Source of the DNA: Yuukianura sp. NJ FZ-2021
Lineage: Eukaryota
Direction of reading: 5' to 3'
Assembly (NCBI GenBank): GCA_046563655.1
Contig: CM102290.1
Location: forward strand, 1,364,001-1,428,000
DNA length: 64,000 nt
The stretch's first letter is position 1; each line of letters begins with the position of its first letter. The translations under genes and the position numbers were made by a program. Of this stretch, positions 25,763 to 36,901 are shown piece after piece. The notes under the pieces were generated by a model. It saw only the letters and a list, made by a program, of their open reading frames with translations. It ran no database searches and was not told the origin of the DNA.

Positions 25763-26242
25763 ATGGGAGCCTACTGTAGTTGTTGTAGAAGGTTCTGCTG
25801 CTGTCGTTCGCAGAAGATAGCTCAACAACAGTCAACTTCCAGCGCAAGCCTTCGAGTGTTGACTCCGAGACAGTCTCATGCCTGGAATTCACCGAATCAT
25901 AAGTACAGACACTACCGTCACTCCAGTGACCCCGTCATTCCTCCGAACTGGATGGACGATTCCAAGGGCCTCTTCATCGTTCCGCCACGCAAGAGCTTTG
26001 AAGACGAGTTCATTCCGAATCCCCTGCCCTTCCAAGTCTTTGAAAAGCAAGAGAAAGCAGATGAACAGAGGAAACGTCGTGAATTCCAGTTCAACAAAGA
26101 GGTCACCCGACGTCGTCGACGCCGAAGGACGAATTTGCTTTCAGAAGAAGAGCATAACAACACGCAAAAGCGACCTCCGACAGCCAAGGACAACTACGAT
26201 ACCATGGACCCGCTTCCTGAAGTCAAATTTCAACGCAAATGA
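25763..26242 (+). CDS. Orphan 159-aa protein with an N-terminal myristoylation/palmitoylation-type motif
   Basis: Single-exon ORF starting MGAYCSCCRRFCCCRS (Gly2, Ser6, Cys cluster) with an Arg-run. It is preceded by an in-frame stop and a plausible acceptor near 25719. Confidence 0.55.
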   Translation: MGAYCSCCRRFCCCRSQKIAQQQSTSSASLRVLTPRQSHAWNSPNHKYRHYRHSSDPVIPPNWMDDSKGLFIVPPRKSFEDEFIPNPLPFQVFEKQEKADEQRKRREFQFNKEVTRRRRRRRTNLLSEEEHNNTQKRPPTAKDNYDTMDPLPEVKFQRK

Positions 26243-26345
26243 TATTTCTTTCGTATTCCAATAACGTACAACTTTGTACGCCAAATAGTATTCTGTAATG
26301 AAAGGGAACCGTGTAAACCTGTTTTCATGAAAATATACCATTTAC

Positions 26346-29300
26346 TTAATCCATATCTTCGTCATCCTCGTCTTCCTTTGCAACTTTCTTTGTGTCCTGA
26401 GTGTTAAAGTATCTCACAAAGCCTTTCTTTGCACTTGTCTTTGACTTTTCTCGAGATGCTGTGACTTGGCGCTCAAATTGTTGTGCTGTTTTCTGCCTTA
26501 ACGTTTCCACCGTTTCTTCTTTCTGTGCCCATTCAATTACTAACCTCCTCCCGTATAAATGTGTACTTTTCCCAAGAGTTTCGACAGCTTTCTGAAAAAA
26601 TGAAAAGAACATTTGACATTGTTATGGCTGGTATTGAATTTAAGAAAATCGTTTAATCTACTTACTACTGCCATCGCTTGGCTCATGTAATCCACAAAGG
26701 CAAAACCACGATGATCTCCGCTGCCATCCATTTTGAGCGGTAGGCGACAAGCTCTGATTTGTCCGAAAGGTCTGTTTCACCATTTAAAAATAAGATATCA
26801 ATTACCACCACACTCAACAGGAAATTTACTGAAGACTTACTGAAACAGTTGTTTGATTTCCGCAAGATTTGCTTGAAACGGAACATTTCTAACCAGTAAC
26901 TTGGATCCACCGGGTTTTGATTCCAGAGTGACGGGCACGGCAGAGCCCGCTGTATTTTCTTTCGTTGCAACAGTCCTACACGAAAAGTAAGAACTTATAT
27001 AATTTATGCCAAAATTGGCGACGGTTTGAGTTGACAATTTACAAGGGAATTGGTTAGGCTTACTGTAATGTCCTATTTGACTTCTTCAGTTCTAGAATAT
27101 GATTTTCTAACATTGTCCCCTGTAGCTCTCTCATAGCTTTCTGGGCATGTTTCAATTGATAGAATTGGACAAAACCAAACCCCATTGACAGAAGCTGACC
27201 AGGATGTTTTGAGTCCTTCTTGCGAGCAATCGTTACGGAATAAACGGGTCCACAGGAGCTGAAGAACTAAAAATTAACGTTTAACATCAATCACCAATGA
27301 ACTGCAGTCAGCAATGAAGTTGTGATTTACTTACTTTTTTCAAAGATGCTTCCAATGTATTAAAGTTCAGATTCTTCACAAAGAGAGTTGTGTCAGGTTC
27401 AGGCACCATGTCCAGCAGGCCATCTTCTTCTTCAATAACTGTAGGAGCTGGTAACACACTTCCAATTTGTTCTTCGTTTTTCGTTTCAATGACTGATTCA
27501 TTGATCCGAGACGTCGTCTTGCTAATGGAGCCTCTTGACCTGAACGTATCTACCGGTGCCCACTCCAAGAACAGAGGCATTCCTCCGAAGTTTGTGTACG
27601 ACAGTTTCTTGAAAGCTGCTCTGGCTTCCGCAGGTTCAATAAATTCCAGAATTGCTACAAATGGAAACGGTGAGTAATGGAGTAGCATAAATGCGAAATA
27701 TTAGACCAAATATTATAGATAGTTAGCGAACCTGTGATTCCAGATGGAGGAAGAACCACCCTACCAAGCTCACCGTGTTTCGAGAATAGAGTGACAAGAT
27801 CGTCAGCCTTTGTATTTGCAGGCAAGTTCTTGGCAAGCAGAACTGTTTTCGAGCGTGCCGATTTAGCGTTCTAAATTTTTTAAGAAAAACAATTACCAGT
27901 AACTTCAATACCACATTAATTATAAATCAGAATAGCTCACTTCGAACGACTCCAAGCAAACATCGTTATCAGTTAAAAATTTCTGCGTTTCATCGACGAT
28001 TTCGGCTTCAGCAAGGGCCATCCGCACACCAACAGACGTCTGATTTCTATCTATCTCATCTTGCTTATCCAGGAGAAGCTCTTCCCTGGAGACACCATAC
28101 TTGTCCGATACCACTTTAGCGACGGCATTCTGTCCCATAAAAAGTGTATTCCAGTTATGTGAAGAACCTGTAGCAAGTATTGTGAATCTTATTAGAACCG
28201 TCCAGTTTCATTACAATTGGAAAACTTACCGGCTGCTTTCTTTTGTTTCAGTGCTTTGGTCTTTTTGAACGATAAACCCTGGGAATCCTCCTCGGTGGGT
28301 TCGTTCTTATTTTTTGAAGGAAGTAAATGAAGCATTCGACCTTGAAAAACTGTTCCGTCTAACTCATTGAAAGCCTTCGTGGCATGTTCTGGAAGCAGGA
28401 ATGAGACGAACCCAAAGCCTTTGATTTTTCTAGTCAAGCGATCCAAAGGTAAATGAACTTCAGTCACGGGCCCAAACTAAACAAAAATGTTCCACATTGT
28501 AAACAGAATCTATCGAGACAGTAATCAAACATTACCTTTTCAAAATGTTCCTGAATTTTGTCTTCTGTTGCTGTGTACGCAAGATTTCTAATAAAAAGTC
28601 TGCCGCTTTCTCCTACAGTTTCGCATTCCTTCTCTAGTTCAGCAGTTTGCGCAGCCCATCGCGACGCTTTGGCTTCTACTGAATTCTCTGGCCCATCCTT
28701 GCCGCCAACTTTTCTAACGGTGACTTGCTTCCCAAGGATGAAGCTCTTATCCTTCCGAAGTGCTTTAGTTAATTCTTCTTCGGTTTTAAACCCAACAAAG
28801 GCAAAACCATGAAACTTTGGTGGAAGTCTGCAAGACAAAAGTGAAATAAATGCGACATAACATTGAAGTATTTGAAAAAAACCTATGGAGTCGTATTATA
28901 AAACTTACCTAATCGACTTAGGTATCAAAGGAGCGAAAAATTCTTTGATTTCTTGCTTCTTCGCTTTCTCCGGCATATCACGAACCTTCACCGTAAACAA
29001 TTCCTTAATGGCGGAACTCGTTTTGCGTCGTCTCTTCTTTTTAGATGGAGCGGATTCTTCTTGCGGTACCGCAGAGGATTTTTTGGATTTCTTTTTCTTC
29101 TTGGACTTATCACTTGACGTTTCTTCACTTTGTACTGCGCTAGAACTAGCTTCTTTAGTTACCGCATCACCTTCTTCAGCAATCCCCGAGTCTGCTGACT
29201 CTTCTGGCGCACTAGCAAATTTTCGTAATTCATCCAACACAGTGTCATTTCCCCAGCTTGCTTTCTTCCGATGAATTTCGAGAAATTCTAAAAAATCCGG

Positions 29301-29871
29301 ATCTTCATTGCATTTTTCTAAAATTTCCTCTTCTTTCTTCTTCTTCTTAGGCTTCTTCGCTTCCGTCACTTCGCTCTTCACTTTATCATCATCAGCTTTA
29401 TTTGCTTTACGTTTGGCAGCTTTTCCTTTGCTACTGTCTGCTGCATACTTGCTCCAAGCCCGAGGTTTGTTCGGGTCACCTGAAATGAAAATTTTTGTCA
29501 GTATCTAACTCCATAATTTAGAGCAGTACTCTATGTTCTAATCATTACCTAACTTGGCACAGCTCTGAACGTCAAGTTTCATAGCACCCATATAAGTCTT
29601 GTCAAAATACTGCCTAGCAGCTTCCGCCTCATTTTCGGAATTAAATCCTATGAAAGCAAAATGTCGAAAACGTCCATCCGGTGTATACTTCAACTGAACG
29701 TCTGTAATGGTCCCTTGCTTCCCAAACAGGTCTCTCAATTTCGTCTCAGTTGCCTGAAACAATTACCAGTGAATTTAGGTGATTAAATTATCCGAAAGTT
29801 CAAAATCGTGTAAATTAAAAGTCCTTTACCGTTTTTGGCAAATTTTTGACTATGATACGAGAGCTGGTCAT
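26346..29871 (-). CDS. RBM19: RNA-binding protein 19 (Mrd1 homologue, multi-RRM ribosome biogenesis factor)
   Basis: MTSSRIIVKNLPK..., KYTPDGRFRHFAFIGF, ESGRLFIRNL, FQGRMLHLLP, SSHNWNTLFMG, SKLLVRNVPFQA and STHLYGRRLVIEWA are all characteristic of RBM19/Mrd1. Confidence 0.95.
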
Positions 29872-31217
29872 TGTGTAATGCAACTATACCGCTGAAATAT
29901 TAAATTCAAAACAATTTCGACAATACCGAGATCACAAATCAATTGGATATTGGTGAGAACTTCTATGAGAAGTAGGTAATTAATTCACTAAAACGGAGAT
30001 TCTCATTTCCATAATCAACAATCAACAGCAACAAGAACAACGTGTTTGAGAATTATTTTTCTTACATCTACATTGAGTTTTACAATGTGATTCGAAAATT
30101 CCCTTCCCGCTTGCATTTCGCACATTTCAGATTTCAAAACACTTTGAAAGAATTTTTAAACAATAGACAGGTCAATAGCGTCTTCTGCTATGAGCGGTCA
30201 AAGGTCAAGTACAAATGACTGACACAACGTTTTTTGTTTGAAAGTAGTAACAATGGCTTGAACTTTTACGTTAACGCCAGTACGAGTCAACGAATCAAAG
30301 CAAATTTAAATTTTTCCCATATCAAGGTGATTCAAATTTAAGTTAAACGTTGATTTATTGAAAACAAGCTGATGGTTTAAACAGCGGATGGAAGAGCACA
30401 GGTTAGTGAAAAAAAAAATCATAGATGTAAGTCGGTGGCATCCGTCACTATTGCATGATTTATGATTTGTGTAGGCGGATGACGCTGATGTCACCCAACG
30501 GTCTTTCGGTTTTTTAAAAACGTCATTTCAAAAACGTCCAACGACTGGCGAAGAATTTTTTTTGACAAGGTTAGGCTTCAGATTAGACTTCAACAAGTTA
30601 GTGCCAAGTGTTTAATTGATTTGACCTTGGATTTCAATTGTCATCCACTATCATTTCCTGAAGAGCGATAGCTATTTTTCTTAAGTTGTAATTGGGTTAG
30701 ATCCGATCCCATGAAGCGTACTAATTGTACTAGAATGCTTATCCCATACTGCTAACTGATGTTTGTTAAAAGTTGCGCAGAAGGGAATTGCTCTTGTAAC
30801 TTGAGAAGGCGGAGGCGGACGAAAGTAAAATCAGAGAAAGCCTCCGGTACTAAAACTTTTCTTTAGTCTTTGACTACAAACACGGGAGTGGATCCATGTC
30901 TTAGGGAGATGAGGATCCAATGTTCCCGGAGAAGTGTTCAGTGGAATCCATACTGCAGTTACGGTAGTATAACTACTTTCACTTTAATTCGATTTCTCCC
31001 TTTGACCAACTCCAACTTCTTTCCCAAAGATTGTAAAACTAATTTTCCAATTCCATCCATTCGTCATGCTTCTCAGAGACGCTTCTTCGGATCTACAACG
31101 GAAGCGTCCAGCTACTATTATGGTAGCCTTCAGTCCACTTAAACTGTACTTCTCTCTATTCTGTAGTACTACTAGGACTTTTCAAGTAGCTTCGATTGAA
31201 ATTGCCTTATTAAATCG

Positions 31218-31290
31218 TAGTTCAGTCACTTGGGTACTTTCTTTGCTGTCCTGATAGTTCGGACTAGGTCACAGGTTCAAATCCAACCAA
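31218..31290 (+). pseudogene. Possible tRNA-derived remnant (Pol III A/B-box-like)
   Basis: B-box GGTTCAAATCC at 31274-31284 with a degenerate A-box-like TAGTTCAGT at 31218. No convincing cloverleaf. Confidence 0.2.
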
Positions 31291-31368
31291 AAACAGAAAC
31301 CGTGGAGAGGTGAAAGAAAGGCTCGAAAAGTCACAGTGAAAGCTGCAGCCCCTTGCCAACTTGTCAAC

Positions 31369-31500
31369 AATTGCTTAGCGTAACTAAACCTTTGAAAGTA
31401 ACAAACGAAGAAATGAATGGAATAAAGTTCTTAAAGTTCTTCCCTGTTCATTTATTTCTTAAGTTTGTTACTTTCGAAGTTGTAGGTACGCTAATGAATT
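31369..31500. repeat. ~130-bp imperfect fold-back (MITE-like or hairpin RNA)
   Basis: TTAGCGTAACTAAACCTTTGAAAGTAACAAACGAAGAAATGAATG pairs with the reverse complement of ~31447-31494 (TTAGCGTACCTACAACTTCGAAAGTAACAAACTTAAGAAATAAATG). Confidence 0.75.
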
Positions 31501-32348
31501 AATATAATTTCGATAAAAAGTAGAGCAACCACTATTTTTGAATATTTTAGTAACCGATTTTTAGCACTTTGTTCAGCTGCCAAGTCACAGTTTCTGTGTT
31601 TGTTTTAAAAAGTACAATTTTTGCTGGTTGCAATGTTTTCGGCTGAACCTTGAAGCTGCCCTATGGGATTCTCCTAGCGGAAATCCATAATCTGGACTTG
31701 ACACCAACTTCTGGTCTTGTCTTCAAAATTAAATTTTGTTCAGTTACATGTGAAAACATCTTAGACTATTGCAAAGGTGCTAGACGCTACAAGCCACAGT
31801 TTCAGACAACTAACTTCCTGGCGACTTTTGGAAAAACAAACGTGCAATCAATAGATTTCACACGCGTGGCACCACCTTTCTTCAGCTACATCTTTCCTTT
31901 ACAAACATTTTCACCAAATTCGTTTAAGAGAATTGTCCTTACGCACAAATTATCATCATTTTGTGGCGTCAAGAAGCATATCATAGATTACCTACTGCCT
32001 ACATAGAATCAAAATCACAACAAAAATAGAAAGAAATATGAACATAAAACCAAAAACTTCCATTCTTTCGATCTAAAAAAAAAGACCTTCTTGGTGAAAG
32101 TTTTTCTTCTCTTTTTTACCTTTTATGCTGATAAAAGCCAGTTCGAAACATGAAATTTTTGTATAGGAATTTTCGTACCCCATTCTTTTAATGTTTTCCG
32201 CCTCACCTTGGTTGGACTCACCTATTCCTCTTGATTGGTGGTCGCCCGATGTCGAAATTTGCGACGTTTAAGAATTCCAGTAGCGTTTAAAGTTCTGAAT
32301 ATAGACGTGTTTCGTAAAGAAAACTGGAGTAAACTTCAGTTCCGAATG

Positions 32349-32907
32349 TGACGTCAAGAGGTTCTAGTGGATTTGTTGAAATTAGTCTGCTGTGGCATTA
32401 GGGCAACACGATTTAAGTGCTGGATTATGTGGACAAGTAAATAGTTCGTAATGCCCGAACATTAGCGTCCATGTCTATTGATATGACAGAGTAGATGCTA
32501 TCTTGGCCAAAGTTGTTCAATTGCAGAAGTACCCCCATGCCAGGGCCTGGAGAGGCTTCACCCCCTAATTCCTCTCCTTCCTGGACGCCTAGGTTCCGCC
32601 TTGTTTGGACCTTGTGCTGGAAGGGCTGAAAGAGGCTGGATATAAATTGAAACGAAAAGAAAGAAACTATCTTCAAAACCGTGGAATCTCTCCACCAGAA
32701 CAGGAAAGTACTGGAGAAAGTTCGCCTACAAACGTTAGTCACGTTGGTTTGTTGCAACAATCAAAATTTGGTATAGAAAATTGATTCATTTTAGAATTGC
32801 CACATTGGTATTCCACTAATTTGATCAGAGAACGTCCGACGTTCTGGAAAAAGTCATATTCACCCCTTGCATTTGAAGGAAAAGAAAGGAGTTTACTATA
32901 AGGAACG
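32349..32907 (+). promoter_or_regulatory. Putative promoter and non-coding first exon of the EFLamide gene
   Basis: Full CRE TGACGTCA at 32349-32356, TATAAA at 32641 and a strong donor CG|GTAAGA at 32907/32908. The acceptor ACAG| at 36894 lies just before the precursor ATG. Confidence 0.4.
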
Positions 32908-35900
32908 GTAAGAAAATAACTTTCTTTTATATTACTAATTTAGACTAAATTTCATTTTCATTTAACAAATTTCCAAAATTAGAAGATAATTGTAGTTATT
33001 CTGCATTTTCCCTTTTTTTATGTAAATTTGAGTCAATTTATGTACAGAAATTATTTCTATATTCAACTTGAGTTATAAATATGCAACACTTTGAAGTTTT
33101 GAAGAACTTCGATTTCTTGTGCAAATTGCAACGCAACGCTTGTAACAGTTTTTCTTAAAAAAAAAACGACCACAATAACAATTTTTCATTTGCTATTTTT
33201 TTAATGAAATCGAAACTGAGATTGGTGATATTTTAATCACTAGTGCTTTACACATAGTTCATCATCTTATATTATGATCATCAAATTCTAAACTTTTGAA
33301 AGGCGCAGAAAGACAAGGAAAATCTTCAAAATTCGGGAAAATATAAACAGAGAGAAATGAGAGAAAGCAAAACTATTACGTTGCACCTTTAGCATTAAAA
33401 AAAATAGAAACAAATACAACGGTTGTGGATATAAGCAAAGGAAAAGAGAAAATGATGAGAAATTATGAGAGACCCGGGGGTATCGCATTTTCCAGTTTCA
33501 CTGTCCCCTATTTAGTATTTTCTGCACAGTTTTCATTTGTCATTTGAAAAAAAAACCTTTGATGTTCTTTGAAAAACCACGAAGGAATGGCACTAACCAA
33601 AAAAGTGGAAACAAGAATAATGAAAATGTATACTTTCAGTAGCATAAGTTCTGTTAAATTTCTAAAAAGAAAGTTGTTGGTCCAGTTCACCCTTAATCCG
33701 ACTCCTGCAGGATGCCAATTGAGCTTCGTTAGTAACTTGTTCAACAACTTCATTTTCGAACTTTTTTTAAGTCTGAATTTTTCTTTTATTTGTAATATTT
33801 TTGACGCAGCAGGATAGGAAGAGGTAGGCGGAAGAGACCCACAATTGTGAAAGTATCTTTATTAGTAGTTTGTTATAGAAGCTTTGTCTAGAATTTTTAA
33901 TGTTGAGGTAGACAGACTAGTTACAATTTGTAAATCAAATGAAACCCTGCTACAAATCAATATCCCAAAGACGCAGCCCTTTCTATACTGCATTCTGAAT
34001 TTGAAATTTAAAAATTTATGGAACAAAGTTGAAATATTTCTGTGTGTGTCTCCCTTTAACCTTAAATTGGAGGCAGACGATGCAGGAACAAACTAATTTT
34101 TGATTTGAATAAAGCGGGACTTGGGAAAGAAAGCTTCAATGAATCTTCCAAGATTTTTGGATTTAAAGAGAGATGGAAAATTCAAGCAGATTAAATGCCG
34201 CCTACACAGTTCCTTCTGGATTGGAAGAGAGAAGAAAAGCTGTTTGGTTGAATTCTTGTTCCCAGTTGTAATTTGGAGAAAGTCGGAGAGATCACGGGAG
34301 TTGTATGTATAGAATCCACTGTGATTGTAATAGGGTCCGTCAGGTTTGAGTTAGGCATATTCTACTTCACAATTTACAATTTGCATTATGATTAGCCAAC
34401 ATCATCGGTTTGTTCGTGTCTTGGTCTCCTTGTACTGAATTACGTAGTGCGCGGTAGGAGTTTCCGGCGTAGACTTGTTGTAACGGGCACAGATGAAAAG
34501 TCTATGAATCTCACGGGAATTTGTAGGCGAAAAAATAATAGGATTTAAGACGACAAGTTCTGATTATGCTTTCCCTTTCATTTCCTCCGTACTTTCTTTT
34601 CAGTTACATTTTCTTCTGGCTATCAACTACTTTTTTTTTCTGTGATGCTCCAAAGTCATTACAACTTTTTGCCCACAACTACTAACTTCTGCCTGCTCCT
34701 AAATTTTAAAACCACTCCTCCACTATTCAAGTTTAGTTAACCATAGTTAACATAGGGATCTATAATTTTACAACAAGATTTGTTTTTTTAATTTGCGTTA
34801 TGAAGCTTAAAACCCCATGAATTTTGGAATTTGATTCGTAAATTAACTTAAGTGTGGGACTCTCAGATTAAATAGTGACGTAGTTTTCTGTATAGAACGC
34901 TTAACAATTTTCCCAAAGAGTTTGCCATTTCTGATCCTATTTTTGGCTGTATGTCAAAATCACTTTTAAAAAAATTGATGATGCACTTTCTGTGAATAGC
35001 ATAAGGCGGGTTGTTACAAATTTACAGCAGATTTGTTGAATGGTAGATATGTGCAATGGAGTTGCGGGATCACACAGCATAAATGGCGGTAGGTTTTGAA
35101 TTATTTAAAACAAGCAGAAGGTTTCCGCTTCCACAAAAGCATTTAAGAAGGAATTATGAATTTGAGTTCCGCTGTAAGCTCTCTTGCTTTCTCCGTCTTA
35201 TTCGCTTTCTCTTTAATTTGTACAAAGAAGACTTGAAGTTCTTTTCCGCGACTAGGTTGATTTTTGGAGAAATCATGCAGAAAATGACTCCAGTTTCTGG
35301 AGGCAAAGTCGAGACAATTCAATTACTGTCACAGATTACCTCTGTATTGTGAGCGGCGTTATCAGAAATCTATCACACTTTTTTTTAATTAATTAATGGG
35401 TTCGTTACATAACACAGCGAAACTTTAGGAAAAGAAAGCGATACAAAATATTATGGTTCTCAAGGAGCACTGATTTCTCCAGAATAGAAATGAATGAATA
35501 GAATTAGTTTTACCCATATTTTGGTAGCATTTTTGAATCACGAATGTACATAAGCAAGACGTATGAATTTGAGGAATACTTGGTGGAAATTCGTGTAATT
35601 TTTTTCATTAAACTCTCGGAAAACAAAAAAAAATCGGAGATGCTGGAACGGAATGAATCAAAAATTGTGTGGATCAAAATTAAAAATGAGAATTTTTGAG
35701 TCAGAATTGATGTCATTTTCCTGAAATGAAAGATTAACATTATTGTTTTGGCACGGCAGATTTTGAAAAAGATGTTAGTTGGAGGGCACATAAGAGAGGT
35801 TAGGCTAACGTTAAACTAACTCTTTGTGTTAGATTATGCAATAGACAATGGGGAAGAAACATTTTAAACAAGTAGAAAAAATTTTGGAAAGAAAACGGCA

Positions 35901-36901
35901 CGATATGTGGATTGCACGCGATTCAACGGTTTCTGCCTCTGGGTATTCAAAACAACCGGCACTACGCTCCGCATATCATGTTCGAAAGCAACCGTTGATC
36001 TACTGGCTACAATGACATTATTAAATTTTTCGAACACAGGACTGAGAACATTATAATTGAAAAAATTTCTAAATTTTAGGCAAAATTGATAACAGAAGTT
36101 GATCGACAGGATCGCTTCCAATTTCTATTCGTTTTTTTTTGAAACTGTAAACATGCGCTGGAGAACGCTGTTTTGTTTGATCCGTCAGGAAAACTTCAAA
36201 GTACAGGCCATGTAACAGTAGATGGAAATGTCGAATTTGAAAGGTTAGCTTAGCTAAGCTAACCTTAGTAATTCTTTTAATAAATGATTTTGTTGACGAT
36301 ACCGTGTGCTGAGTGATTTGCTTTGAAGCGTTCCTAAAAACTCGGAAAAAATTCAGGGCACTAGTTTCCAGTCGCTTGGAATCAATCGACCTCCTACACA
36401 CTACGTATGAAATGGTGGATGTTATATTTGAAATTTGAATAATTGAGAACAAAGTGGAGTGTCACTTAAGGGCTCCTGGTCATCTTTAACCCCGGACAAC
36501 CGTTTGAACTTATTGAAATCCAAAATCAAAGGGAAATGTGGTTCGCTAATGTCAAATTCTTCACAAACGGAATTTTCTAGCAAAGTCCTTAAAAAGACAT
36601 CGAAGAGAGAGGAAGAGACCCTAATGGATTTTAAAATCTGTTCAACTTTGAAAAAGTTTTCAAATGGACACCGTTTCATGGTCATCGTTTCATGTTCCAT
36701 CTAGCACATTTAGAATACGGTTGAATAAATTACAAGGAACTTTAGTCAGTGTGAAGTCACTAACACTGAACGCTAAATGAAGCTTCGGAAACAAATTTGA
36801 AAACAAATTCAAACAGTGATTTTCTTTTCTGGGGTACATGTTCTAAACTTATTTTGAAAAGATTGGCATCTTAAAAAAAATTTTCGTAACACAGGTTGAG
36901 A

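Noticed and set aside
30306..36704. Numerous 60-127 aa ORFs upstream of the EFLamide ATG
   Set aside because: Phe/Leu/Lys-rich composition typical of AT-rich non-coding DNA, with no domains.
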